Shown: positions 31,269 to 43,557, numbered from the stretch's first letter. The stretch: 64,000 nt of DNA from Thermoanaerobaculia bacterium (GCA_963666565.1 OY762911.1:608001-672000); one strand, 5' to 3'. Numbers and translations are program-made. Notes: a model not told the origin generated them from the letters alone.

Positions 31269-32009
31269 CTACTCGGGCACGGCCGCTTCGCAGGCGAACG
31301 CCGTCACGTCGACGTGCGCCGGAGCGGGCGGTCCCGCCGGCTTCCTGTACTGCTTCTGCAAGGGCGGATGGCCGGTCGCCATGTCGTAAACGTCGATGTC
31401 GAAGCCGACGTCCGTGGCCGCCGCGGCGTAGACCCAGAAGTAGCCGTTGTGTCCGCAACCGTCGAGCACCTTGACCAGCACTTCCCAATTGCCGGGGTCG
31501 AAGAAGTAGAACAGGCCCGACTTGTCGCTCGTCGTGTGGACCACCTGGGCCATGCCGCGCGTGTCGTCGTCGCCGCTGCCGTCGTTCGGGTTCGACACGT
31601 CGTCGCCATCGCCGTGGTCGCCGCCGTCGCTCGGGCTCGACACGTCGTCGTCATCGCCGCCGCCGGTCGCGCCGTCGTCGTCCGCCGCGTCGTCGTTCTC
31701 GGTGTACCAGTCGATCTCCACGTGAAAGCGGCCGCTCTGCAGGCACAGCGTCCAGGTGTTCTCGGGGCACCCGTACCCGTTGCCGTCCGTGCCGTCCGGC
31801 GTGTCGTCGTCGTTCGTATCGTCGCCGTCCGAAGGGTTGTCCGGACTCGTGCCGTCGTCTCCGTCGTCGGGCTCGGTGTCGTCCGAGGAATCGCCCGACG
31901 CCGCATCCACGGCCGGCGGCGGCGCGGTCAGGCTGAAAGCGGCTGGACCGCCGACCAGGAGGACAAGGAGGAAGGTGGCGACGATCGGCCATCTCACGGA
32001 AAGTCTCAT
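31269..32009 (-). CDS. Secreted Asp-rich protein with uncharacterised Cys-bounded C-terminal domain
   Basis: Signal peptide; GLFYFFDPGNWEVLVKVLDGCGHNG motif shared with 45612-46760. Confidence 0.8.
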   Translation of the reverse strand: MRLSVRWPIVATFLLVLLVGGPAAFSLTAPPPAVDAASGDSSDDTEPDDGDDGTSPDNPSDGDDTNDDDTPDGTDGNGYGCPENTWTLCLQSGRFHVEIDWYTENDDAADDDGATGGGDDDDVSSPSDGGDHGDGDDVSNPNDGSGDDDTRGMAQVVHTTSDKSGLFYFFDPGNWEVLVKVLDGCGHNGYFWVYAAAATDVGFDIDVYDMATGHPPLQKQYRKPAGPPAPAHVDVTAFACEAAVPE

Positions 32010-32069
32010 GTCGTTCTCCTTGGCCGGCGCCCCACGCCGGCAGTGTGCCGAACGCTAGCAGATTCCAAC

Positions 32070-33908
32070 TCAGCCCCCCGGCTGCCCGCGCACCCGCTCG
32101 ACGATCCGCGCCGAGTCTTTCATGAACTCCATCATGCTCTCTTCGATCGTGCCGCCGCGCTCGTCGAGGCGCCGGGCCCGGTCCATCGCGGCGCGCGCCC
32201 CGTCCTCGTCCCCGGACGCCAGCAGCGCCATCCCCAGGCGCGTCAGCGCCGCCGTCGACGGTCCGAGTTCCGTCGACCGGGACAGGAACTCGACCGCTTC
32301 GTCCAGTTCCCGCCGCTTGTAGTGGACCCAGCCGAGAGCCGCGAGGGGAAACTGGCGCAACTCCTCGGGCGCGTGCTCCACGGACTGGCGCGCGAAGTCC
32401 AGCGCCCGGTCCAGGTCCTCGCCTGTTTCGGCGAGGTTGTACGCCATCTCGTAGCAGGCGATGCTCTTCGAGAAGTTGGACCCGCCCTCGTCGAGCAGCC
32501 GGCGCCCCGCCTCGTTCGCTTCCCGGTAGGCGCCCTCGCTGCGCAGCGCCTCGATCAGGGTGGCGTAGGCGGTGGCGCGCAGGATCTCGCCCGGATTCGA
32601 GTCGAGCACGCGCTGGATGACCTGGCGGATCTCCTGGCCGCGGTCGAGCCGGAGGCAGGCCAGGGCGTAGGACATCAGCAGGCTCGGGTTGTCGGGATCG
32701 AGCGCCAGCGCCTCCCGGTAGCAGCGGAGCGCCTCGGGCGCGTCGCCGGACCGGATCGCCCGCTCGCCGCGGGCCACCCACTCCGCCGCCGCCGGGCTGG
32801 TCCGGGGCAGCGCGGCGCCCGCGCGGCCCGAGAGCCAGGCCACCAGGTCGCGGTAGCGCATGCGCTTCGGGTTCAACTGCTGGGCGGTGCGGAACGCGGC
32901 GAGGGCCTTGCGGTTCCAGCCCCGATCCAGGTAGCAGAGACCGAGCAGGTGGTGGCATTCCTCGAACGAGGGGTCGACCCGGACCGCCCGGTGGAGCGAT
33001 TCCATCGCCTCCTTCAGCTTGCCCGTTTCGTAGCGGCAGCGGCCCAGCAGGTAGAGGGCCTGAGGCACCGCGTCGATCTCGACGGCGCGCTCCAGGAACG
33101 CCGTCGCCGACTTCAACTGGCCCCGGCCCGCCAGCGACGCCCCCAGGCAGAAGTGCGGGAGAAAGTCGTCCGGGTGCCGCGCCGCGGCCCGTTCCAGCAG
33201 CTCCTGGCCGAGTCGCTCGTCGCCTTCCTGGAGCTGGATCACGCCGCTGTAGACGAGCCCCTGGACGTGGGCCGGCTTGGCCTCGAGCAGGCGGTCGAAG
33301 TGCTCCAGGGCGCGCGTCAGGCGGCCCTCCTGGAAGTGCGACTCGCCCAGGAAGAGCGCGAGCTCCCAGTTCCCGCGGTCCATGGCGGCGGCCGCCTCCA
33401 GGGCCTTCATCGCCCGCTCGAGGTCCAGGCCGTTCAGGGAACGCTCCGCCTCGTCGACCAGCCGCTCGAAGGCCGGCCGCCGGTTGCCCTCGTAGAGCCC
33501 CCGAATCGCGTCCTCGACCGCCGCGAAGCGCTCCCGCTTCTCCAGGACGAGGAACTGGTAGTCCATCTTGGATTCCCACAGGTCGCTCCACTCCGCCGTG
33601 TCGATCAGTTCCTGCCGCTGCAGGAGGTCGCGCAGGGCGAGCATCCCGGCGTGGTGGACGAGGATGCTCTCCTCCTGGCGGTGCATGGCGCCGAGGACCT
33701 TCTGCAGCGTCTCGCCGGTGCGTTTCAGCACCTCTTCCAGGATCGAGATCCGCTCCAGCAGGTGCTCGTCGAGGGAGAACTCCTCGTCGCCGGCGCCGAT
33801 CGTCTCCTCGCCCGAGGCGGGGCCGGAGAGCACCATCAGCTTCTGCCGGCAGCGGCCGCAGTACTCCGCGTCGTCGTCGTTCCGCGCGCCGCAGACCTGG
33901 CAGTACAT
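32070..33908 (-). CDS. Tetratricopeptide repeat protein with N-terminal zinc ribbon
   Basis: MYCQVCG...YCGRC, coiled coil, many TPR-like helices. Confidence 0.85.
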   Translation of the reverse strand: MYCQVCGARNDDDAEYCGRCRQKLMVLSGPASGEETIGAGDEEFSLDEHLLERISILEEVLKRTGETLQKVLGAMHRQEESILVHHAGMLALRDLLQRQELIDTAEWSDLWESKMDYQFLVLEKRERFAAVEDAIRGLYEGNRRPAFERLVDEAERSLNGLDLERAMKALEAAAAMDRGNWELALFLGESHFQEGRLTRALEHFDRLLEAKPAHVQGLVYSGVIQLQEGDERLGQELLERAAARHPDDFLPHFCLGASLAGRGQLKSATAFLERAVEIDAVPQALYLLGRCRYETGKLKEAMESLHRAVRVDPSFEECHHLLGLCYLDRGWNRKALAAFRTAQQLNPKRMRYRDLVAWLSGRAGAALPRTSPAAAEWVARGERAIRSGDAPEALRCYREALALDPDNPSLLMSYALACLRLDRGQEIRQVIQRVLDSNPGEILRATAYATLIEALRSEGAYREANEAGRRLLDEGGSNFSKSIACYEMAYNLAETGEDLDRALDFARQSVEHAPEELRQFPLAALGWVHYKRRELDEAVEFLSRSTELGPSTAALTRLGMALLASGDEDGARAAMDRARRLDERGGTIEESMMEFMKDSARIVERVRGQPGG

Positions 33909-33976
33909 GGCGGGGCGAGCCTATTGGCTTGCGCCGCGGAACGTTGCGGCATGCGTCGGACACACCCGCCCGTCTT

Positions 33977-34136
33977 GGGTCAGGAGGGGTCGGCGCCCAG
34001 GCGACGCGCGCGCTCGAGAGGAGAGGGGCAGGGTTGCGCTTGCTCCGCTTCACTCGCTCCGGTTGGGTGTCGGCTTCGGGGAAGACGCCGGCCGTCGCTC
34101 GTTCAGAGGCGCCTGGGCGCCGACCCCTCCTGACCC
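33977..34136. repeat. Perfect 27-bp inverted repeat enclosing 106 bp (MITE-like or structured RNA)
   Basis: GGGTCAGGAGGGGTCGGCGCCCAGGCG (33977-34003) and its exact reverse complement (34110-34136). Confidence 0.85.
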
Positions 34137-34263
34137 GACTGGGCTGGACGTCGGTGCCTGGTGAAGCTGGGGCGCCAGCGCGACAGATGGCCCGGAAACC
34201 GGCGCTCGCGCCGGATGCCGGCGGGGACACCGGCGCACCCAGTTTCTGCCGCGCAAGCTCCTA

Positions 34264-35199
34264 CTAGTTCAGGCCGACAAACCAGGGGTCGCGGCGGCCG
34301 AGGCGGCTGTCGAGCGCGGCGCCGATGCCGACGCAGGTGACGATGGTCCAGGTCCAGCCGCCGACCCAGGGCGTCATCTTGACGGCGCCGAGGGCGAGGA
34401 GCCCGCACAGCGCGGCGGCCAGGGGCCGGCCGGCAAGGCCCAGGCGGTCCGGCAGCAGGCGGGCGCCGACCGCGACGAACACCGCCACGGTGCCCCACAG
34501 CTTGCAGACGAGAAGCGCCGCTCCGCAGACGGCAAGCAGGGGGGCGCCGGCCAGGATCGGAACGGCTGCCGTCACCACGGCGAAGGTGACGGCTACCGCC
34601 AGCACCGCCACCAGGCCGGCAAAGAAGTTGCGGAACGGCCGCTCGAGCACGCTCTGCGCGGTCCCGGTCAGAGCCGAGTCGAAACCCGGCACCAGCGCCA
34701 GGGTCGCGAGCAGCCAGGCCAGCAGCAGGGCGAGGTTCAGCACGGCGACGGCGCCGGACAGCGCGGAGCGGCCGAGGAGCGGCCCTTCCGCCAGGACGAC
34801 CAGCGACGACGGCGCGCGCGGCCAGGCCACGGCGCGGCCCTCGACTCTGGCGCCGCCCTCGGCGTTCAGCCGGCCGCCCACGACGAACGCGTCGCCGAGG
34901 ATCCGCGCTTCCGCGCCCAGGTCGACGTCGCCGCCCAGCACGATCACGTCGCCCTGGACCACGCCGTCGATGCGGGCGTCGCCGTTCAGCACGACCGCGT
35001 CCGAACGCGCTTCGCCGCGCAGGTCCAGATCTCGGCCGATCGCGACCACCTGGCCCCGGGCCACGGCGTCCCGACCGACGACGACGGCCGGGGTGTCGGC
35101 ATCCGGCGAGGGGGGCGGCGCGGCGCAGCTCGCTACCGCCGCGGCCACCGCGCAGAGGACGAGGCCCTGAACGGCCGGGTGGAGGCGGAGGCTCAGCAC
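34264..35199 (-). CDS. Membrane protein with bactofilin-like (polymer-forming) beta-helix
   Basis: Repeated VVLNGDARIDG/VIVLGGDVDLG units followed by about 5 TM helices. Confidence 0.7.
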   Translation of the reverse strand: MLSLRLHPAVQGLVLCAVAAAVASCAAPPPSPDADTPAVVVGRDAVARGQVVAIGRDLDLRGEARSDAVVLNGDARIDGVVQGDVIVLGGDVDLGAEARILGDAFVVGGRLNAEGGARVEGRAVAWPRAPSSLVVLAEGPLLGRSALSGAVAVLNLALLLAWLLATLALVPGFDSALTGTAQSVLERPFRNFFAGLVAVLAVAVTFAVVTAAVPILAGAPLLAVCGAALLVCKLWGTVAVFVAVGARLLPDRLGLAGRPLAAALCGLLALGAVKMTPWVGGWTWTIVTCVGIGAALDSRLGRRDPWFVGLN

Positions 35200-35296
35200 G
35201 GGCCGATCATCGTAGCCGCCGAGCGTGGCGGGTGGGTGGGCAAAGCGGACGCCGGCCTCGCGGCCGACGGGTTTCCCAGGCCGCCTGCGGCGGCAA

Positions 35297-35345
35297 GCGG
35301 GTCAGAAGACCCGCGCACCCAGCGGGTCGGAGGACCCGTGCACCC
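35297..35345. repeat. Two tandem REP-like palindromes
   Basis: Copies at 35297 and 35322. Confidence 0.88.
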
Positions 35346-35347
35346 GG

Positions 35348-36022
35348 TCAGCGGCGGGATCGCTGCCTCGCCGCCGCCTTCGAGCCGCGCCGGAGCAGGG
35401 AGACCAGGAGCCCGCCGAGGGAGACGGCGGCCGCTCCGCCGACCAGCAGGGCGGGCGCCGCGGGTTGAAGCGCCGAGGACATGGCCGCGTTGAGACCGCG
35501 CCAAGAGGCGTCCAGCAGGCCGGCGCCGAGCAGGCCGACGGTGACCGTGAAGTCGAACAGGGTGGCCGCGGCGGAAGCGGCCGACCCGGCCGCCGGCGCG
35601 AACGCGGCGAGCGCCGCCAGGGCGCCGCCGAAGAGCGCCGCGAGGGCGGCCGCGGAGACGGCCGCGCGGCGCCTCCCGGCAGGTCGCGGCGAGCGAACGA
35701 CGGTCGCGATGCGACGCCCGGCGGGCCGCGGCGAGCGAGCGATGGCCGATCCGCGACGACCGGCGAGCCGCGGCGAGCGAACGTCGAGCGCGCGGGACTC
35801 CGGTGCCAGCCGTTCGGACGCCAGGAGCGCATGAAGCGCCGAGAGACCCTCCGCCTCGTCCCGGCACGCCTCGCACTGGGCGAGGTGCCGCTCCGCCAGG
35901 CGGCGCTCCGCCGCGCTGGCGGCGCCGTCGACGTAGGCGTCGATCAACTCGGCGTGGGAACAGGCGCCGGACATCGCCTCGCCGGGACCGCTCCCGGAAA
36001 CCGTCCTGTCTGAACTCGTCAT
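35348..36022 (-). CDS. Anti-sigma factor (zf-HC2) with TM segments
   Basis: IDAYVDG...HLAQCEAC (HxxxCxxC); directly follows the ECF sigma gene. Confidence 0.78.
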   Translation of the reverse strand: MTSSDRTVSGSGPGEAMSGACSHAELIDAYVDGAASAAERRLAERHLAQCEACRDEAEGLSALHALLASERLAPESRALDVRSPRLAGRRGSAIARSPRPAGRRIATVVRSPRPAGRRRAAVSAAALAALFGGALAALAAFAPAAGSAASAAATLFDFTVTVGLLGAGLLDASWRGLNAAMSSALQPAAPALLVGGAAAVSLGGLLVSLLRRGSKAAARQRSRR

Positions 36023-36042
36023 CGCTGGCACTCCGCCGTCCG

Positions 36043-36630
36043 TCAGTCGGTGAGGTAGTCGGCCAGCCGCGCCTTCAGCATCCGGCGGCCGCGAAACAGC
36101 TTGTTCTTCACGGTGCCCAGGGGCATGCCCTTGAACTCCGCGATCTCTTCGTAGGTCATCTCGGCGAAGTGCCTCAACTGGATCAGCTCCCGGTACTCCC
36201 CCTTCAGCCCGTCGATCGCGGCAACGATGGCGCGGCGCCGTTCCAGGTTCCGCAGCGTCCGGTAGGGGTCCCTCTCCTCGCTCTCGAATTCACGCTCCTG
36301 CACCTGCCCGTCCAGGGCGACCCGCTGCATCGGGACCAGCTTCAGGCGCCGCTTCCGGATCAGGTCGATCGCGGCGTTCCTCGCCACCCGAAACAGCCAG
36401 GTCGAGAATCGGTACCTGGGGTTGTACCGGTCGAGGGCCCGGTAGACCCTCAGAAACACTTCCTGCGAAAGCTCCTCGGACTCCTCGACGTTGCCGAGGA
36501 AGCGATTCACGTAGTTGACCAGCCGCCCCCGATACCTCTCCACGAGGTCCGTGTAGAGGGCGGCCTCACCCTCCAGAATCGCCGCCACCAACTCTTCGTC
36601 GGTCGCCCGGGTTGCCTCCACAGCCTTCAC
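36043..36630 (-). CDS. ECF RNA polymerase sigma factor
   Basis: ELSQEVFLRVY, FSTWLFRVARNAAID, TYEEIAE...PLGTVKNKLFRGR. Confidence 0.95.
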   Translation of the reverse strand: MKAVEATRATDEELVAAILEGEAALYTDLVERYRGRLVNYVNRFLGNVEESEELSQEVFLRVYRALDRYNPRYRFSTWLFRVARNAAIDLIRKRRLKLVPMQRVALDGQVQEREFESEERDPYRTLRNLERRRAIVAAIDGLKGEYRELIQLRHFAEMTYEEIAEFKGMPLGTVKNKLFRGRRMLKARLADYLTD

Positions 36631-36832
36631 CTACGTCCTCCACGTCCGTTTGTTGCGCGCCGGCCCGCCGTCGACGACCTGCCCGCGGCCGGCTGCGCGG
36701 TCCGCCATCCGGGTTCCGACCCGCTGCGGGCGCGGCCGGCGGCCGCCGCGGCCCTTGGGCTGCTGTAGCCTTCCGCCGGGGCAGGGGCGGCCGACGCCCG
36801 CCACCGCGCCGCGGAGAGTAACCGGGTCACCC

Positions 36833-37525
36833 TTGGCAAACCTGATCCACGCACGCGGACTGGGCATCCGGTTCGGAGTCCACTGGGCGCTGGCCCACGT
36901 CGATCTCGACGTCGAGGCCGGGGAGCGCCTGCTGCTGGCCGGCGCGAACGGTTCCGGCAAGACGACCCTGCTGCGGCTGATCGCGGGACTCCGGCGGCCG
37001 ACGGCGGGCGAGCTTCGGGTCGGCGGCAGGCGGCCGTTCGAGGACCGCGCCGGCGCCCGCCGCGAGCTGTCCCTGGTCTCCCACCACGACTACCTCTACG
37101 ACCGGCTGACGGCGATGGAGACTCTCCGGCTCTGGAGCGACCTGTGCGGCGGCGCCCGGGATCGCGGCCGTCTCGCGAGCCTGCTCGAGGAAGTCGGCCT
37201 CGAAGCGGCGGCCGAACGCCAGGTGGGCGGCTTCTCCGCCGGCATGAGGAAGCGACTGATCCTCGCCCGCTGCCGGCTCGAGAACCCGCGGCTGCTGCTG
37301 CTCGACGAACCGTTCGCGGCGCTCGACCCCGAGGGCCAGGCCCTCGTCGAGCGGTGGATCGAACGCTTCGCGGACGGCGGCGGCGCCCTGATCGTTGCCT
37401 CCCACGCCATCGAGCGGGCCTCCCGGCTGTGCCGGCGGGCGCTTCTGCTGGAGCAGGGCCAGGTCGCCTGGCGGGGCGAGGCCGCCGGGCTCGACGCCGC
37501 CTGGCGCCGGAGGCTCGCGCAGTGA
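36833..37525 (+). CDS. ccmA: Heme exporter ATP-binding subunit CcmA
   Basis: GANGSGKTT, FSAGMRKRL, LLDEPF; first gene of ccm cluster; start inferred. Confidence 0.88.
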   Translation: MANLIHARGLGIRFGVHWALAHVDLDVEAGERLLLAGANGSGKTTLLRLIAGLRRPTAGELRVGGRRPFEDRAGARRELSLVSHHDYLYDRLTAMETLRLWSDLCGGARDRGRLASLLEEVGLEAAAERQVGGFSAGMRKRLILARCRLENPRLLLLDEPFAALDPEGQALVERWIERFADGGGALIVASHAIERASRLCRRALLLEQGQVAWRGEAAGLDAAWRRRLAQ

Positions 37526-38202
37526 GGTGGATCCGGACCGTGTTCACGCTGCTGCTGAAGGACCTGCGGGTCGAGTGGCGGGGACGGGTTCGCTTCTTCT
37601 CGATCGTCCTGTTCGGCGGCATCACCCTGGTCCTGTTCTCCTTCGCGATCGACGCCGACGGCGGCGCGGCGGCCGCGATGGCGCCCGGCTTCCTCACCCT
37701 CGCCCTGCTGCTCAGTTCGACGCTCGGCCTGTCCGAGTCCTTCCGGGTGGAACGCGAGAACCGCTCGCTCGAAGGACTGCTGCTGGCGCCGGTCGAGCCG
37801 GCCGTCCTCTTCTACGCCAAGGCGCTCGGCAACTTCGTCTTCCTCGCCATGCTGGCGCCGGTGCTCGTGCCCTCGGCGATCGTCATCTTCAGCGTCGAGA
37901 CGGGGCCGGCCGGATTCCTTGGCGTGCTGGGCGTCTGGCTGCTCGCCGCCGCGGCCCTCGCCGCCCCGGGCACCCTGTACGCGGCGATGACCAGCCGGGC
38001 CGCCAGCCAGGACGTGCTGCTGCCGCTGCTCCTCTTCCCGCTCGTCATTCCCGTGCTGATCGCGTCGGTCCGGAGCGCGGAGTTGTTGCTCCACGGCGAT
38101 CCGATGGACCAGGCGCCGAACTGGCTCCTGCTGCTCCTCGCCTTCGATGTAATCTACTGGGCGCTCGGAGGCGTGCTGGCGAAGGTCGCGATGGAGGAGT
38201 AG
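37522..38202 (+). CDS. ccmB: Heme exporter permease CcmB
   Basis: KDLRVEWR, ERENRSLEGLLLAP, LLPLLLFPLVIPVLI. Confidence 0.92.
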   Translation: MRWIRTVFTLLLKDLRVEWRGRVRFFSIVLFGGITLVLFSFAIDADGGAAAAMAPGFLTLALLLSSTLGLSESFRVERENRSLEGLLLAPVEPAVLFYAKALGNFVFLAMLAPVLVPSAIVIFSVETGPAGFLGVLGVWLLAAAALAAPGTLYAAMTSRAASQDVLLPLLLFPLVIPVLIASVRSAELLLHGDPMDQAPNWLLLLLAFDVIYWALGGVLAKVAMEE

Positions 38203-38240
38203 ATCCCCGCGCGCGAGCCCGGAAAAAGGAGCGACGAAGG

Positions 38241-38429
38241 ATGGACGGCGTTATAGTCGGCGGTTGGGGGTGGGTCGCCGCCGCCTATGCCGCGGCGGGC
38301 GTGGCTCTAGCCCTCTACGTCTACAGCCTGTTCGTCCGCCGGAGCCGGGTCGAGGCGAACGCGCCCTCACAGGATCGGACGCCCCCAAAGGACCTGAGCG
38401 ATGAGCACGGAAACGACGACGACGCCTGA
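38241..38429 (+). CDS. ccmD: CcmD-like small membrane protein
   Basis: GWGWVAAAY single TM then basic tail, immediately before ccmE. Confidence 0.6.
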   Translation: MDGVIVGGWGWVAAAYAAAGVALALYVYSLFVRRSRVEANAPSQDRTPPKDLSDEHGNDDDA

Positions 38430-38885
38430 CGCCGGACCCCCACCCAGGACCCGGCGGCTCCTCCTGCTCGCCGCGGGCGGCGCCGTGGCCCTGGCCCTCT
38501 CCGTTCTCGCTTTCGGCGACGTCGGCGAGAACCTCGTCTACTACTGGACTCCCACCGAACTTCACGAGGCCGGCGACGAGGCGGTGGGCGCGAGCATCCG
38601 GCTCGGCGGCCTCGTCGAGAAGGGCTCCGTGAGCCGGAGCGAGGACGGGCTGACCCTCGAGTTCACGGTGACGGACGGCCAGTCCGAGGTCGACGTCCGC
38701 ACCACCGCGGTGCCTCCGGCCATGTTCCGGGAGGGCATCGGCGTCGTGCTCGAGGGGACGATGAGCGAGACCGGCCGGTTCGCGACCTCGCGGCTCATGG
38801 TCAAGCACGACAACGAGTACCAGACGCCCGACGTCGAAGACCAGCGCAGCATGGAGGAGTTGGTCGAGTCCATGCAGTTCGACCT

Positions 38886-38889
<4 letters not shown>
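38401..38889 (+). CDS. ccmE: Heme chaperone CcmE
   Basis: NLVYYWTPTE, IRLGGLV, PAMFREG, KHDNEY (HxxxY). Confidence 0.93.
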
Positions 38890-40888
<1,999 letters not shown>

Positions 40889-40892
<4 letters not shown>

Positions 40893-41425
40893 ATCGCAAC
40901 GTCCTTCTGATCGGCGCCGGCCTCGCCGTGCCGCTGCTCGCCCTGCTCGGGTTCGCCTTCCGGCACGACCCGAACGTCGTCGAGTCGCCGCTGGTCGGCA
41001 AGCCGGCGCCCAGCTTCCGGCTCGCCGACCTCGACGGCAACATCGTCGACCTGGCGGAGTTGCGCGGCCAGCCGGTCATCGTCAACTTCTGGGCCACCTA
41101 CTGCGTGCCCTGCCTGTACGAGCACCCACTGTTGATGGAGGGCTCACGGCGCTGGCAGGGCGAGATCCAGTTCCTCGGCGTCATCTTCCAGGACGACCCC
41201 GAGACGATCGCGGAGTTCAACACCGACTACGGGAGTTGGGGTCCATCCCTGATCGACGAGGGCGGCCGGGTCGCGATCGCCTACGGGGTCTACGGACCGC
41301 CGGAGACCTTCTTCATCGACCGCGACGGCACGATCGTCGACAAGGCGATCGGCGCGGTTTCGCCGGACCGGCTCGTGGAGGTCGCCGAGCGGATGCTGGC
41401 GCGGCCGGCGGCGGCGACCGGCTGA
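40889..41425 (+). CDS. ccmG: Thiol:disulfide oxidoreductase CcmG/DsbE
   Basis: NFWATYCVPC, YGVYGPPETFFID. Confidence 0.9.
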
Positions 41426-41426
41426 C

Positions 41427-41978
41427 ATGCGACGCGCGACCGCCCTCCTGGGGCTGCTGGCCGCGTTGGCCTTCGCGGCGCCGGCATCGGCCCAGGAATC
41501 CGAAACGCCGCCGCGAGTCGCGCCGCCCCCGGCCGAAGGCGAGTACCGGCCGGGACTCGGCATCGAGACGTCGCACGAACTGGGCGACCCCCTGGGCCGG
41601 CCCCTGTCCGGCGACGAACTGGACCGGGCGGTCGCCGAGGTTGCGGCCGACATCCGCTGCCCCAAGTGCCAGGCGCTCTCGATCGCCGATTCCGGCGCCC
41701 AGTCGGCTCAGGCGATGCGGGAGGAGGCGCGGTCCCTTCTGTCCCAGGGCTACACCCGCGAGCAGGTCGTCGGCTACTTCGAGCAGCGCTACGGCGAGTT
41801 CGTGCTGCTCGAACCGCGGGCGCGCGGGCTCAACCTGATCGTCTGGGCGGCGCCGGCTGGCATCGTCCTGCTCGGCGGCCTCGCCGTGGCGCTTCGCCTG
41901 CGGCGCCGCCGGCGCCGAAGCGACGACGAGGCCCTCGACGGCTATCTGCGGCAGGTGGAGCAGGAGACGGCGACCTGA
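41427..41978 (+). CDS. ccmH: Cytochrome c biogenesis protein CcmH
   Basis: IRCPKCQALSIADS, RYGEFVLLEP. Confidence 0.92.
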   Translation: MRRATALLGLLAALAFAAPASAQESETPPRVAPPPAEGEYRPGLGIETSHELGDPLGRPLSGDELDRAVAEVAADIRCPKCQALSIADSGAQSAQAMREEARSLLSQGYTREQVVGYFEQRYGEFVLLEPRARGLNLIVWAAPAGIVLLGGLAVALRLRRRRRRSDDEALDGYLRQVEQETAT

Positions 41979-42913
41979 CTCTCGTCGCGACGATCGCCCT
42001 CGTCGCCGCCGTCCTCGCCGGCCTGGGAGTCGGGTTCGCGTTTCTGCCCCGGGAAAACGCGGCGCGCGCGGCCGAGCTCGGCCTGCGGCGCGCCGACCTC
42101 CTGGACCGGCGCGAGGACCTGCTGGCCCGGCTGCAGAAGGCCGGCCTCGAAGCGGCCGACCGGCGGCGGCTCCAGGTCTCGACGGCGCGGGTGCTGAAGG
42201 AGATCGACGAGGTCGAGGACGCGATCGCCGGCATCGCTCCGGAGGACATCGCCCCGGAGGGGAGCGGCAAGCGGCGGACCGCGGCGCCGGCGGGCCGCGC
42301 CTTCGTCCAGGCGCACCCGCTGCTCTCCGGCGTTCTGCTCGGCGGCGGCGTGGTCGGCCTGGTCGGCGCGCTGGTCGTCTGGGCGCAGGCCGACGCCCGG
42401 CCCGATCCGCAGGCGGAGCAGACGATGGCCCAGGGCGGCGGCGAGACGGACTTCCGCGGCCAGCCGCCGCTCCCGCCCGAGCTGGTGTCCCGGGCCGAGG
42501 AACTGCGGCGGCAGATCGACGCCGATCCCTCGGACGTCGACGCGCTGCGCGCCCTGATGCAACTGCAGCTCGCGAACGGCCGCGCCTTCGACGCCTTCCA
42601 GACCGCCCAACTCGCGCTGCAGGTCGCTCCCGAGGACCCCGACGCGCACTTCGTCTCCGGCATCGTGCGGCTGCAGATGGGCCAGACCCAGGTCGCCCTC
42701 GATTCGCTCGACCGGGCGCTCCGAAGCGACCCCGGCCACGAGCAGGCGGCCCTCATGCGAGGTCTGCTCCTGCTGCAACTCGGCGACCGCGACGGCGCCA
42801 TCGCCACCTGGCAAGGCGCCAACGAAGCCCGCCCCAGCCCCCGCCTCGAGCAGGTCGTCGGCATGGCCCGCGAGGGCCGGACGTTCGACGAAATCGTCAA
42901 CAACCCGCTCTGA
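41975..42913 (+). CDS. CcmI/CycH-like TPR membrane protein
   Basis: Two TM segments then TPR helices; putative CTG start overlapping ccmH stop. Confidence 0.72.
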   Translation: MTLVATIALVAAVLAGLGVGFAFLPRENAARAAELGLRRADLLDRREDLLARLQKAGLEAADRRRLQVSTARVLKEIDEVEDAIAGIAPEDIAPEGSGKRRTAAPAGRAFVQAHPLLSGVLLGGGVVGLVGALVVWAQADARPDPQAEQTMAQGGGETDFRGQPPLPPELVSRAEELRRQIDADPSDVDALRALMQLQLANGRAFDAFQTAQLALQVAPEDPDAHFVSGIVRLQMGQTQVALDSLDRALRSDPGHEQAALMRGLLLLQLGDRDGAIATWQGANEARPSPRLEQVVGMAREGRTFDEIVNNPL

Positions 42914-42942
42914 GCGGCGACGCCGGGCGGCACCCGCCCGCT

Positions 42943-42966
42943 GGGTGCGCGGGTCTTCCGACCCGC
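42943..42966. repeat. REP-like palindrome between convergent genes
   Basis: GGGTGCGCGGGTCTTCCGACCCGC. Confidence 0.9.
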
Positions 42967-43034
42967 TTCCGCCGAAGGCCGGCGCCGCTTCGGCTCCCGT
43001 TCCAGGCGAGCCCGCGCGGCAGGACGCCTCTTCC

Positions 43035-43541
43035 CTATGAGTCCCCCAACTTCAGCCGCCGGGCGATCACCGCCGCCACCTCCCGCTTGCGCTCGGTCCC
43101 GCGCGTTCTGATCCTCAGGTCCGCCTGACGATAGGACTCCAGCCGGCTCTCGTACAGCGCCTGCGCCTGGTCCGGGGTCTCGAATAGCGGGCGGCGCTTG
43201 TGGGACTGCTGCGCGCGCCGGCACAGGGCCTCCCAGGGCGGGTCCAGCCAGACGCTCGTGCCCAACTCGGCGATCAGGCGGCGGTTCCGCTCCAATGTGA
43301 ACGCGCCGCCGCCAGTAGCGATCACCGCCTGGTCGACCGTGGCGCAGCGTTCGAGGGCCTCCGTTTCGCGTTCCCGAAACCAGCTCTCGCCGCGCTCGAC
43401 GATCAGGTCCGCCACCGGCTGCCCCTCGCGCTCGGCGATGGCCGTGTCGAGATCCAGGAACGTCCAGTCCAGCGACCGGGCCAGCCGCCGGCCGATCCGG
43501 CTCTTGCCGGCCGCCATGAAACCGACGAGGAAGACGCGCAT
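43035..43541 (-). CDS. aroK: Shikimate kinase
   Basis: GFMAAGKS, DLD, FRERE, IATGGG, RPL. Confidence 0.93.
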   Translation of the reverse strand: MRVFLVGFMAAGKSRIGRRLARSLDWTFLDLDTAIAEREGQPVADLIVERGESWFRERETEALERCATVDQAVIATGGGAFTLERNRRLIAELGTSVWLDPPWEALCRRAQQSHKRRPLFETPDQAQALYESRLESYRQADLRIRTRGTERKREVAAVIARRLKLGDS

Positions 43542-43557
43542 GGCGATGCCGGAACGG

